64,000 nucleotides of DNA from an uncultured Candidatus Saccharibacteria bacterium (GTDB lineage: Bacteria; Patescibacteriota; Minisyncoccia; Portnoybacterales; UBA2143), in contig CAYYLD010000002.1 of assembly GCA_964472495.1 (NCBI GenBank), positions 27,949 to 91,948 on the forward strand, written 5' to 3'. The position numbers and the translations under genes were made by a program. The notes beneath the pieces are model-generated. The model was not told where the DNA came from. It made no database searches and saw nothing but the letters and a program-made list of their open reading frames with translations. Of the stretch, positions 1 to 8,765 are shown piece after piece. Numbering within the stretch: the first letter of the stretch is position 1; every line of letters begins with the position of its first letter.

Positions 1-544
1 CCGACCGTTGCGGTTTAATTGCCCTACGAAAATCAATCAGGTCCTTTTTAACTAAAGCTATTTTAGAAAGCATTTCTCTTTCTTTGCCTTTAAAAACTTG
101 ACTTTCAATTTTTTCAATCTTTTCGCCGATGTGGTCAAGCATGGGCAGGCAGGCGTCGACCAACCAATCAAGTACTCCAAAAAGAAGGTAGGCGGGGCTT
201 TGGAAATATTGCTTTTGATGATAATCTTGGAGCTGGCAGTCATTAAAGAATGTCTCTAAATCAGGAATTTTACCGGCATGGCTGGTAATCAGGGTATCTG
301 GTGTAATAATCAGGTCTAATTCTATTGGTTTGGTTTGCTGGTTTCTCCGATTGAAAACCGGAAAGTGCAGGGCCATAAAAAGTTGGTTGGGGTATTCTTC
401 TATTTTGGGCCGGTGAATGGGCGGCAGAAATTGTTCAGCGATGAAAGGATGAAGACGAAATCTTTCCTTGAGTTCATCTAAATCCTTTTGCTTTGGTTTC
501 TGGATATCAATCCAGGTAATATTATTAGCAGTAATTGTTTTCAT
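1..544 (-). CDS. corA: Magnesium/cobalt transporter CorA, N-terminal cytoplasmic part. The gene is partial and continues beyond the window start.
   Basis: Minus-strand ORF running from the ATG at 542-544 to the window edge with no stop. It translates as MKTITANNITWIDIQKPKQKDLDELKERFRLHPFIAEQFLPPIHRPKIEEYPNQLFMALHFPVF, the typical CorA N-terminal pattern (WIDL...hP...RPKxEEY...F). An AGGAGAAC RBS lies upstream. The ORF track missed it because no stop falls inside the window. Confidence 0.7.
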   Translation of the reverse strand, partial: MKTITANNITWIDIQKPKQKDLDELKERFRLHPFIAEQFLPPIHRPKIEEYPNQLFMALHFPVFNRRNQQTKPIELDLIITPDTLITSHAGKIPDLETFFNDCQLQDYHQKQYFQSPAYLLFGVLDWLVDACLPMLDHIGEKIEKIESQVFKGKEREMLSKIALVKKDLIDFRRAIKPQRS

Positions 545-643
545 AATATGGTTCTCCTGTTTATTCTCCATTTTAGCATGTCTTCTTTTAGCTGGGCAAG
601 TGGTTTGACAACTTTTGGGAAAATGATAAACTAATATTAGGCA

Positions 644-1135
644 ATGATGAATAAGAAAATTACTTATCTTACTGAAGAAACTGGTCAGTCTGCCGACCAG
701 GTTAAAAAACTTAGAAAGAAGCTTAAAGAGTGCCAAAAAGACAAGGAGGAATATCTGACCCAGGCCCAACGAGCCAGGGCTGATTTGATTAATTATCGAA
801 AGAGGCAGGAAGAAAAAATAATACCTGGAATTGTAACAATTGGTCAGATTAGCATAATTCGTAACATAGTATTACCGGCCTTGGATAGTTTAGAAGCAGG
901 AGCTAAAAAGAGTAAAGATGTTAAGCAAATCAGAGATCAGATAAATGGTATTCTAGTAAAGAATAAGATAGAGGAGATTGGAGCTGTGGGGGAAAAATTT
1001 AACCCTGAATTTCACGAAGCAGTGGAATCAGTTGAATCTGGAGAGGAATCAGGAATAATTATCGAGGAAATCCAAAAAGGATATTTGTTGAATAACGAAG
1101 TACTGCGACCGAGTAAAGTTAAAATAGCCAAGTAA
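644..1135 (+). CDS. grpE: Nucleotide exchange factor GrpE
   Basis: 163 aa with a coiled-coil N-terminus and a GrpE C-terminal motif (KFNPEFHEAV). It sits in the grpE-hsp20-dnaK-dnaJ context. Confidence 0.85.
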   Translation: MMNKKITYLTEETGQSADQVKKLRKKLKECQKDKEEYLTQAQRARADLINYRKRQEEKIIPGIVTIGQISIIRNIVLPALDSLEAGAKKSKDVKQIRDQINGILVKNKIEEIGAVGEKFNPEFHEAVESVESGEESGIIIEEIQKGYLLNNEVLRPSKVKIAK

Positions 1136-1191
1136 TTTCTTAAAAAAATAATTATAAAATTAAGATTAGGCCTGGCGGTTAAATGACCGAG

Positions 1192-1208
1192 AGTCGCTTG
1201 AGGCGACT
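1192..1208 (+). promoter_or_regulatory. Inverted repeat AGTCGC-ttga-GGCGACT, 26 nt upstream of the hsp20 start. It is a candidate heat-shock operator or 5'UTR element.
   Basis: Palindrome read directly from the sequence. A near-identical palindrome (CAGTCGCC-taa-GGCGACTG) sits 28 nt upstream of the htpX start at 42186-42204. Confidence 0.4.
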
Positions 1209-1233
1209 GTAGGGAAATAAGCTGTCAGCAGAT

Positions 1234-1677
1234 ATGTTTATGCCTATTAAATGGAAACCCTTCAGGGAGATAGAAAAACCCCTTAATCTGCCAGATGTTT
1301 TTGAAGAAGATGAATGGGTTCCTTTTGTGCCGACTTTTCGAGCCGAGGAACCGGCCGTTGACATCTATCAGGATAAAAACAATCTTTATGTGGAAATACC
1401 CCTGACTGGCGTTAATCCTAAAGATGTTCAGGTTTCTATTGATGACAATGTTTTGACTATTCAAGGCAAAACCCAGGAGAAGAAAGAAGTCAAAGAAAAA
1501 GATTATTTGCGTAAGGAAATCAGGAAGGGTTCTTTTCGCCGAGTAATTAAATTACCGGTTGAAGTGAAAGGAAATAAGGCTGTTGCTGAAAGTGTGGGCG
1601 GAATAATAAAGATTACTATTCCTAAGGCGGCTAAGACAACTCCGCCATCCAAAATGATTCCCATTAAAATCAAATAG
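1234..1677 (+). CDS. Hsp20/alpha-crystallin family small heat-shock protein
   Basis: 147 aa carrying an alpha-crystallin domain signature (PAVDIYQDKNNLYVEIPLTGVNPKDVQVSIDDNVLTIQGK...GSFRRVIKLP). Confidence 0.85.
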   Translation: MFMPIKWKPFREIEKPLNLPDVFEEDEWVPFVPTFRAEEPAVDIYQDKNNLYVEIPLTGVNPKDVQVSIDDNVLTIQGKTQEKKEVKEKDYLRKEIRKGSFRRVIKLPVEVKGNKAVAESVGGIIKITIPKAAKTTPPSKMIPIKIK

Positions 1678-1688
1678 GCTCGGAAAGT

Positions 1689-1712
1689 GCTTTTCAGCTA
1701 CCGCTGAAAAGC
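1689..1712 (+). terminator. Perfect 10-bp stem hairpin (GCTTTTCAGC-tacc-GCTGAAAAGC) between hsp20 and dnaK. It is a possible attenuator or partial terminator.
   Basis: Seen in the sequence. No T-run follows it, so it may act as an attenuator or processing site. Confidence 0.35.
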
Positions 1713-1740
1713 GCATTTCCTTGCCTTGCTTTAGAAAATA

Positions 1741-3624
1741 ATGACAAAAATAATTGGTATTGATTTAGGCACGTCAAATTCTGCCGCAGCCGTGGTAGAA
1801 GGAGGCAAGCCGACAATGATTCCTTCGGCTGAAGGAACAATTGTTGGCGGCGGTAAGGCCTTCCCTTCTTATGTTGCCTTTGATAAAGAAGGCAATCTTT
1901 TGGTTGGCGAAGCAGCCCGTCGGCAAGCGGTGACTAATCCCGAGAACACGGTTACCGCCTTCAAACGGAAGATGGGCACTAAAGAGAAAATAAATATGGC
2001 TGGTAAAGAATATACTCCCCAGCAGCTTTCCGCCTTTCTTCTTCAGAAAATTAAAAAAGATGCCGGGGCCTTCTTGGGCGAACCGATTAAAAAAGCGGTT
2101 ATCACCGTACCGGCCTATTTCAATGATTCCCAGCGCCAGGCAACCAAAGATGCCGGAGCCATCGCCGGTTTTGAAGTAGACAGAATTATCAATGAGCCAA
2201 CGGCTGCTTCTTTGGCTTACGGGGTTGACAAAGCCGACAAAGAGGAAAAGATTCTTGTTTTTGATTTTGGCGGCGGTACTTTAGACGTCACTCTGATGGA
2301 TTTCGGCCAGGGAGTTTTTGAAGTTAAGTCAACTTCGGGAGATACGCAACTGGGCGGCACCGACATGGATGAACTTTTGACTAACTACATCATTGAAGAA
2401 TTTAAAAAAGAAAATAATATTGATTTGAATCAGGATAAAACAGCTTACCAGAGAGTTAAAGAAGCGACTGAGAAGGCAAAAATTGAACTTTCATCTACTT
2501 TAGAGACAGAGATTAATTTGCCTTTTCTGAGCGCTGATTCGGCTGGCCCGAAACATTTAGTCGCTAAAATCACCCGGGCCAAGTTGGAAGAATTAGTTGG
2601 GCCAATTATTGAAAAGTGCCGCGGTCCCTTGGAACAGGCCCTGAATGATGCCAAATTGACTCCTGACGAAATTACCAAAATCATCCTGGTCGGCGGTCCG
2701 ACCAGGATGCCGGCTGTTCAAAAATTTGTTGAAGATTATGCCGGTAAAAAAATTGAAAGAGGTGTTGACCCGATGGAATGCGTGGCCGCCGGAGCGGCTA
2801 TTCAGGGAGCTGTTTTGGCCGGCGAAATGAAAGACGTTCTTTTGTTGGATGTTACTCCGTTAACTTTGGGCATTGAGACCCTGGGCGCGGTGATGACGCC
2901 GTTGATTGAACGGAATACGACCATTCCCGCTTCCAAGACGCAGATTTTCTCTACCGCTTCTGACAGTCAGCCGGCCGTTGATATTCATGTTTTACAAGGT
3001 GAGCGGCCGGTGGCCGCCGACAACCGAACCTTAGGCAGATTTATCTTAGATGGCATCCCGCCGGCCCCCCGGGGAGTTCCTCAGATTGAAGTTAGCTTTG
3101 ACATTGACGCTAACGGTATCTTGAATGTTAAAGCCAAGGATAAAGCGACTAATAAAGAACAGGCCATTACCATTACCGACTCGGCGGCTCTTTCCAAAGA
3201 GGAGATTGAGAAAATGAAGCAGGAGGCCGAAGCTCATGCCACTGAAGATAGACAAAGGAAGGAATTGATTGAGATGCGTAACCAGGCCGATACTTTAATT
3301 TTTTCCACCGAGAAGGCTCTTAAGGAAGCCGGCGATAAAATTAAAGCCGAAGATAAAAAAGAAGTAGAGGATAAGTTAGAGACCTTAAAGAAAGTCAAAG
3401 ATTCCAACGAAATAGAAACTCTCAAAAAAGCCATTGATGAATTATCTCAAGCTATCCAGAAAATCGGCGCCCAATTATATCAAAAAGTTCAGGAAGAGAA
3501 AGCAGAACAGTCCGAACCGGAGATATCCGCCAAGGGCGGACGCGCCTCTGGTGCGAAAGGAGAAGCCGACCAGGAAAAAACAGTTGAAGGCGAATACGAA
3601 GAGGTTAAGGAAGAGAAGAAGTAA
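1741..3624 (+). CDS. dnaK: Molecular chaperone DnaK (Hsp70)
   Basis: 627 aa with [23 protein letters not shown] and the full Hsp70 architecture, ending in an acidic C-terminus. Confidence 0.97.
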   Translation: MTKIIGIDLGTSNSAAAVVEGGKPTMIPSAEGTIVGGGKAFPSYVAFDKEGNLLVGEAARRQAVTNPENTVTAFKRKMGTKEKINMAGKEYTPQQLSAFLLQKIKKDAGAFLGEPIKKAVITVPAYFNDSQRQATKDAGAIAGFEVDRIINEPTAASLAYGVDKADKEEKILVFDFGGGTLDVTLMDFGQGVFEVKSTSGDTQLGGTDMDELLTNYIIEEFKKENNIDLNQDKTAYQRVKEATEKAKIELSSTLETEINLPFLSADSAGPKHLVAKITRAKLEELVGPIIEKCRGPLEQALNDAKLTPDEITKIILVGGPTRMPAVQKFVEDYAGKKIERGVDPMECVAAGAAIQGAVLAGEMKDVLLLDVTPLTLGIETLGAVMTPLIERNTTIPASKTQIFSTASDSQPAVDIHVLQGERPVAADNRTLGRFILDGIPPAPRGVPQIEVSFDIDANGILNVKAKDKATNKEQAITITDSAALSKEEIEKMKQEAEAHATEDRQRKELIEMRNQADTLIFSTEKALKEAGDKIKAEDKKEVEDKLETLKKVKDSNEIETLKKAIDELSQAIQKIGAQLYQKVQEEKAEQSEPEISAKGGRASGAKGEADQEKTVEGEYEEVKEEKK

Positions 3625-3625
3625 T

Positions 3626-4432
3626 ATGTATAAAAATCGGGTTACCCAATCAGTGGTGGCCGGTCTAGCTACCTTAATTTCAACGGCCAGCTGGTTGGGT
3701 TTAAAGAATGTTTTAACCGGCGGCGATAATTGGCTTTGGCCAAGTATCGGCTTTTTAATTTTACTAATCTTTTTAAGCTTAAATTGGCTCCTGACTAAGT
3801 CCAAAGCCATTTTATTAGTTACACTTACTCTTGTCTTAATCAGCTTTTTCTTTGCTTTCAGTTTCAAAATGACCTATTCGGCTGTTCTTTTTATCGCTTT
3901 GTTATTCTTTCTTTTCGGTTCTTGGCGGGCCGTTAACGAAAAAGAGGTCAGAATTAAATTAGAAGTTGATAAAATTCTCTGTCGCGGTCTGCCGGCCGTC
4001 TTAACCGGCCTAATTTTAATTACAGCTACTGCTTATTATTTTTCACCTCTAGTTTTAGAGAACCAGAACCAGATTAAAATTCCCCGTTTTTTATTTGATT
4101 TGATTGTCCAGCCGGTTATCGAAACGCTTGAAGCCCAAGTACCTCTTTCTCAATTATCGGCCGAACTCGGGGTCGATTCGACGGATAACCAACAATTTGA
4201 AGAAGCCCTTTATCAATTGGTCAATGAGCGCTTTAATCAATTCAGCCAGCCCTACCAAGAATATTTGCCTTTTGGTTTGGCTATCGGCCTCTTCTTTGCC
4301 CTTAAGGCGATTAGTTTGCCTTTTAAATGGCTGGTCATTTTATTAAGCTGGCTGATTTTTAAGCTTTTAGTTTCTTTAGGGGCGATTAAAATTCAAGAAA
4401 AAGGAGTTTTGCAACAGGTGATAGAGGTATAG
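3626..4432 (+). CDS. Hypothetical polytopic membrane protein sitting between dnaK and dnaJ
   Basis: The ATG at 3626 lies directly after the dnaK stop. The ORF track began this ORF at 3434, inside dnaK, in the same frame. Multiple hydrophobic helices are present. Confidence 0.6.
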   Translation: MYKNRVTQSVVAGLATLISTASWLGLKNVLTGGDNWLWPSIGFLILLIFLSLNWLLTKSKAILLVTLTLVLISFFFAFSFKMTYSAVLFIALLFFLFGSWRAVNEKEVRIKLEVDKILCRGLPAVLTGLILITATAYYFSPLVLENQNQIKIPRFLFDLIVQPVIETLEAQVPLSQLSAELGVDSTDNQQFEEALYQLVNERFNQFSQPYQEYLPFGLAIGLFFALKAISLPFKWLVILLSWLIFKLLVSLGAIKIQEKGVLQQVIEV

Positions 4433-4453
4433 AACAAGGATTAATTATTATTT

Positions 4454-5542
4454 ATGGCTAAGGATTACTATGAAATATTAGGGGTGTCCCGGGGAGCTTC
4501 CGAGCAAGAGATAAAAAAGGCCTACCGGAAATTAGCTCTGCAATATCATCCAGATCGGGCACCGGCTGACAAGAAAAAGGAATACGAAGAAAAATTCAAA
4601 GAGATTAGTCAGGCCTATCGAGTCCTTTCCGATAAAGAAAAGAAAGCTCAATACGACCAATACGGACAGACCTTTGAAGGAGCGCCTTTCGGTCAAGGAT
4701 TTAGTCAACAGGATTTCCGTTCTTTCCACGAAGCCTTTGGCGGCCGCGACATTTTTGAAGATTTGGGTTTTGGCCGAATTTTTGAAGAGATGTTTGGTTT
4801 CGGCCCCCGAACCAGAACCAGACGAACTGCTCAATACGGACGAGATATTGCCGTAGATATGGAAGTAGATTTGAAAGATGCTTTTAACGGACTAAAGAAA
4901 GAGATTGATTTACGAAAGATGGTCACTTGTCCGGAATGCCAGGGCAAAGGCGGCCAGTCGTTAAAGAAATGCCCTGTCTGCCAGGGGACTGGTTACGAGC
5001 AAACCGGCCGCCAGGGTTTTTTAGGGTTTATTATTCAACAGAGGCCCTGCTCAAGGTGTCACGGCCGAGGCGAAATACCGGAAAAAGTTTGCCCTAAATG
5101 CGGCGGTCAGGGAAGAGTTGAGGAGACAAAGGAGATTAAAATAACCATTCCGGCTGGTATTGATGACGGACAGGTTCTTAGATTGAGCGGCCAGGGGGAA
5201 GCGGCTCCCTACGGTGGAACAGCCGGCGATTTGTTTATCAATATTCATCTGCGGCCTGACAAAAATTTCCAGCGACAGGGCGACGATTTACTTTATAACT
5301 TAGTTATCAACTTCAGCCAAGCGGCTTTAGGTGATAAAATAGAAATACCCACTTTGGCTGGCCCAGTTAATTTGAAAATTCCGGCTGGCAGTCAACCCGG
5401 CCAGCTGATCAAATTAAAAGGTAAGGGGATACCTTGTCTATACGGCCGCGGTCAGGGAGATTTGATTGTCAAGATTCAGGTAGAAGTTCCTAGGAAGTTA
5501 TCCCGAAGAGAAAAAGAGCTTATTAAGGACTTAGCCAAGTAG
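4454..5542 (+). CDS. dnaJ: Chaperone DnaJ
   Basis: J-domain (YYEILGV...HPDR), a G/F region and four CxxCxGxG zinc-finger repeats. Confidence 0.95.
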   Translation: MAKDYYEILGVSRGASEQEIKKAYRKLALQYHPDRAPADKKKEYEEKFKEISQAYRVLSDKEKKAQYDQYGQTFEGAPFGQGFSQQDFRSFHEAFGGRDIFEDLGFGRIFEEMFGFGPRTRTRRTAQYGRDIAVDMEVDLKDAFNGLKKEIDLRKMVTCPECQGKGGQSLKKCPVCQGTGYEQTGRQGFLGFIIQQRPCSRCHGRGEIPEKVCPKCGGQGRVEETKEIKITIPAGIDDGQVLRLSGQGEAAPYGGTAGDLFINIHLRPDKNFQRQGDDLLYNLVINFSQAALGDKIEIPTLAGPVNLKIPAGSQPGQLIKLKGKGIPCLYGRGQGDLIVKIQVEVPRKLSRREKELIKDLAK

Positions 5543-5549
5543 TATTTCA

Positions 5550-5725
5550 GAGTTCAGGATAACCATTTCGAGAAGATTAGATGACAAAAGATAACAACCG
5601 GGATAGTTTGGTAATAAAGAACTCTTTTGTCATCTTAGAGCAACCGCTTAAATAATAAATAGAATACTAACCAAGTCACGGCGGCTGCGACTTCGAGGAA
5701 TGGTTATCCTGAACTTCTTGAACTC
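5550..5725 (+). repeat. Structured intergenic repeat element, copy 1 of 3. It has nested inverted repeats with the conserved cores ACCATTTCGAGAAG, AGATGACAAAAG...CTTTTGTCATCT and GCAGCCGC...GCGGCTGC.
   Basis: About 180 bp, alignable with 10200-10372 and 33716-33895. The outer stem (gttcaggataacc / ggttatcctgaac) is self-complementary but differs between copies. Confidence 0.6.
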
Positions 5726-5734
5726 ATAGTCATT

Positions 5735-6280
5735 ATGTCTATTCGTGAATTATTAACTAATTTTCATGTCGGCACCGCTTCCGGCTGGGATTTGTTTGTT
5801 ATCCTTGTTTTCTTGGTGGCTGTTTTGGTCTACGGTTTTTTCCTCGGTCGCAATCGAATGATTATCTTGCTTTTGGGCAGCTATTTCTCTTTGATTATCA
5901 GTCAGGTTATTCCTTGGTCAAGAATTAGCGCTTTGGGCTGGTTGAGGATTGGTCAAGAACCATCGGCCTCTTTGAAAATTTTGGTTTTTGTCGGCTTAAT
6001 CCTGTTGTTTTATTTTCTCATACCGCGTTCTGTTCTTAGTTCGGCTTTAAGAATCAAGAAGAGAGGTGAGGCCGTTTGGTGGCAGATATTTGTTTTAAGC
6101 ATTGTTCAGTTGGGCCTTTTGGCAGCAATCATCTTTTCTTTTTTACCTGGTCAGACCATAGCTGATTTTACTCCTTTGGTCAAAAAGATATTCATTGGTC
6201 CGGAAGCTCAATTTATCTGGCTAACTTTGCCAATTCTGTTTATCGTTTTAATGCGCCGCAAGAAAAAGATAGAGGATTAA
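5735..6280 (+). CDS. Hypothetical membrane protein
   Basis: 181-aa ORF with several hydrophobic segments. Confidence 0.5.
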   Translation: MSIRELLTNFHVGTASGWDLFVILVFLVAVLVYGFFLGRNRMIILLLGSYFSLIISQVIPWSRISALGWLRIGQEPSASLKILVFVGLILLFYFLIPRSVLSSALRIKKRGEAVWWQIFVLSIVQLGLLAAIIFSFLPGQTIADFTPLVKKIFIGPEAQFIWLTLPILFIVLMRRKKKIED

Positions 6281-6326
6281 TAAATTTGTCCTTTAATAAC
6301 ATAGAGAAGAGAAAGGAGGATTTGGA

Positions 6327-6749
6327 ATGAAAAGATGGATAGGCCCGCCACAGTCTTTACTTATAGGTATTGCCGTATTTTTGGCTGTTATTGTTTTGAT
6401 TTCGGGCTTGCCTTTGGGTTTCGACGATAGATGGCAAGGAATGATAGTGGGTTTTGCTTTTTTTATCTTCATTCTTTTAAGGAACTCGGTTGATTGGTCC
6501 AGCCTCTTGGTGTATTCAGGAAGAAAGAATGAAGAAAGTATTATGGTGAATCTATTGACGCCTTTAATCTTTTCTTTAATAATGTCAGCTTTCGCTGTCT
6601 GTGGTTGTCAAATAAGTTTGGTAAAGGTAAGTTTATCTTTTCTGATAGCCGTAATCGCGGATATTCTTATCCGAATTTGGCTGGGTTGGAGAATGGCTCA
6701 AAATATTGGTGACAACAGAAGCAAAAGCAAAGAAGAATCGACTACTTGA
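6327..6749 (+). CDS. Hypothetical membrane protein
   Basis: 140-aa ORF with a strong RBS (AAGGAGGA) and hydrophobic segments. Confidence 0.5.
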   Translation: MKRWIGPPQSLLIGIAVFLAVIVLISGLPLGFDDRWQGMIVGFAFFIFILLRNSVDWSSLLVYSGRKNEESIMVNLLTPLIFSLIMSAFAVCGCQISLVKVSLSFLIAVIADILIRIWLGWRMAQNIGDNRSKSKEESTT

Positions 6750-6829
6750 TTCAACCTCGCAGTAAACCGTCTAAACTGGATTACTGCGGGGTTGATTTTT
6801 TTTAGAAAAAAAGATAAAATGATGAAAAT

Positions 6830-6900
6830 GGGGGTATAGCTCAATGGTAGAGCAGTGGCCTTTTAAGCCATTGATGGGGGTTCGATCCCCTCTACCCCTA
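6830..6900 (+). tRNA. tRNA-Lys (anticodon UUU)
   Basis: Cloverleaf folded by hand. Acceptor GGGGGTA/TACCCCT, D-arm GCTC-AATGGTA-GAGC, anticodon arm GTGGC-CTTTTAA-GCCAT, T-arm GGGGG-TTCGATC-CCCTC, discriminator A. CCA is not encoded. A hairpin follows at 6905-6930. Confidence 0.85.
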
Positions 6901-6944
6901 CTTTTATAGCCTCGGAGGCCGAGAACGGTCCTCGGACTTAAAAT

Positions 6945-7886
6945 ATGACTATTAGACAAATCTACAATTTAGCTCTCAAAATGGGTATTGAAGCGGATTT
7001 GCGGGGTAAAACCGAAGTCAAAAAATACTTGGCTCACCAGAAAGAAAATTATCAGAAACTGCCGCCGGAAAAGAAAAAAGAATTCGATAGAGAGCGACTG
7101 AGTAATCCTTACTCCGATACTCGTATTTTGAACGAACCCAAAAATCCTCAAAAGTCAATTAAAAGGATTTTGGCCGGTATTGATATTGGGGTGTCTGAAT
7201 TGCTTTTGGCCAAAGAATTGGGCAAGATTGATTTGATTTTTTCTCATCATCCTCACGGTCAGGCCTTGGCTAATTTAGACGATGTTATGCAATTACAGGC
7301 CGAAGTTCTGGCTCAATATGGCGTCCCGATTAACGTGGCCGAAGGATTACTGAAACCGAGAATTTCAGAAGTGGCCCGCTCGCTTTCTCCAGCTAATCAT
7401 AACCGGGTCGTTGATGCCGCTAAATTACTCCATCTGGGATTTATCTGCGTTCACACGGCCTGCGATAATTTAGTGGCCAATTTTCTAGACCAAAAGATAA
7501 AAAAATCGCAACCGGAATATGTCGGCGACCTGTTAAAGCTTTTGAAAGAAATTCCCGAGTATAAAGAGGCGATTAAAATTGGTGCCGGGCCGTGGCTTTT
7601 TGTCGGCGAGGAAGGGAATCGTTGTGGCAGGATCGCTTTGACTGAAATTACCGGCGGCACCGAGGGTTCGGCCAAAATTTACGAAAAGATGGCTCAAGTA
7701 GGCATTGGAACAATTATTGGCATGCACATGTCAGAAGAGCATAAAAACGAAGCCGAAGCGGCTCATATTAACGTAGTCGTGGCCGGCCATATGTCTTCTG
7801 ATTCTATCGGGGTCAACATTCTTCTCGACCAATTAAAAAAACAGGGGATTGAGGTTATTCCCTGCGGCGGATTAATCCGTAAATAG
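6945..7886 (+). CDS. Nif3-family dinuclear metal center protein
   Basis: N-terminal DLIFSHHPHG motif and C-terminal GHMSSDSIG motif. The length fits the family. Confidence 0.5.
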   Translation: MTIRQIYNLALKMGIEADLRGKTEVKKYLAHQKENYQKLPPEKKKEFDRERLSNPYSDTRILNEPKNPQKSIKRILAGIDIGVSELLLAKELGKIDLIFSHHPHGQALANLDDVMQLQAEVLAQYGVPINVAEGLLKPRISEVARSLSPANHNRVVDAAKLLHLGFICVHTACDNLVANFLDQKIKKSQPEYVGDLLKLLKEIPEYKEAIKIGAGPWLFVGEEGNRCGRIALTEITGGTEGSAKIYEKMAQVGIGTIIGMHMSEEHKNEAEAAHINVVVAGHMSSDSIGVNILLDQLKKQGIEVIPCGGLIRK

Positions 7887-7897
7887 ATTCGCAAAAT

Positions 7898-8647
7898 ATG
7901 CCCTGGTATAAAGATTTTTTTGACAAATGGTATCTTGAAATTTATCGAGATAGGCCGCTATTTAAAGAAAAAAATATTCAAAAAGAGTTTACCTTTATTA
8001 GACGTGTTCTGAATTTACCCGAAGGAGCTAAAGTTCTTGATTTATGTTCCGGGCACGGTCGTCATACTATTCCTTTGGCTAAAACTGGCTATCAAATGAC
8101 GGCGCTTGATTTAAACAAAAAGTTTCTTAGTATTCTTAAAAGAGAAGCCAAGGAACAAAAATTAGATATTAGAATTATCCATAGCGATATGAGAGACATT
8201 CCTTTTATGAACGAATTTGACGGGATAATTAATATTTTTACTTCATTTGGTTATTTCACAAATGACAAAGAAAATCTTAAAGTTTTAGAGCAGGTTTTTA
8301 GGGCCTTAAAGCCGGCTGGCAAATTCTTGCTCGATGTTGTAAATAAAGAATGGGTCCAAAGAAATACTCACATCGAAAATAAATACAAGATAAAAAAATA
8401 CTCCGTTTTGGAAAAAATAAAATTTAATCAAGGAACTAACCAATGGAAAGCTAATTTCGCGATTACCAACGGAAAAGGCAGAAATTATTCGGCAAAATAC
8501 ATAACTAAATTATATTCTTTGGCTGAAATAGAGAAGATGCTGAAGCAAGTAGGCTTTGATAAAATCATTGGTCTCTTTGGGAATACTGTCAAAATAGAAA
8601 AATTTACCCCCCGGTCTAAGCGTTTAGTAATTTTAGCCCAAAAATGA
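7898..8647 (+). CDS. Class I SAM-dependent methyltransferase
   Basis: Motif I: VLDLCSGHGRHTIPLA...ALDLN. Confidence 0.7.
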   Translation: MPWYKDFFDKWYLEIYRDRPLFKEKNIQKEFTFIRRVLNLPEGAKVLDLCSGHGRHTIPLAKTGYQMTALDLNKKFLSILKREAKEQKLDIRIIHSDMRDIPFMNEFDGIINIFTSFGYFTNDKENLKVLEQVFRALKPAGKFLLDVVNKEWVQRNTHIENKYKIKKYSVLEKIKFNQGTNQWKANFAITNGKGRNYSAKYITKLYSLAEIEKMLKQVGFDKIIGLFGNTVKIEKFTPRSKRLVILAQK

Positions 8648-8765
8648 GAGTTTAAAGTTAGCCGAGAGTTCTTTCTCTGCACAGTTTCTACCATTGTGCA
8701 GGGATTTTTTTATTCCACTTGTTAAAGCCAATAAAAGCTGTTATAATTTGAACAGTCAAAAATAA

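Noticed and set aside
58-243. ORF-track 61-aa ORF on the minus strand
   Set aside because: It is in the wrong frame. The region is covered by the CorA N-terminus ORF, which runs off the window edge.
1141-1740. CIRCE operator for the dnaK/groE operons
   Set aside because: No TTAGCACTC-N9-GAGTGCTAA was found anywhere in the window. Other palindromes occupy the equivalent positions.
2445-3434. Minus-strand ORFs inside dnaK
   Set aside because: They overlap a conserved gene on the opposite strand and have no start signals.
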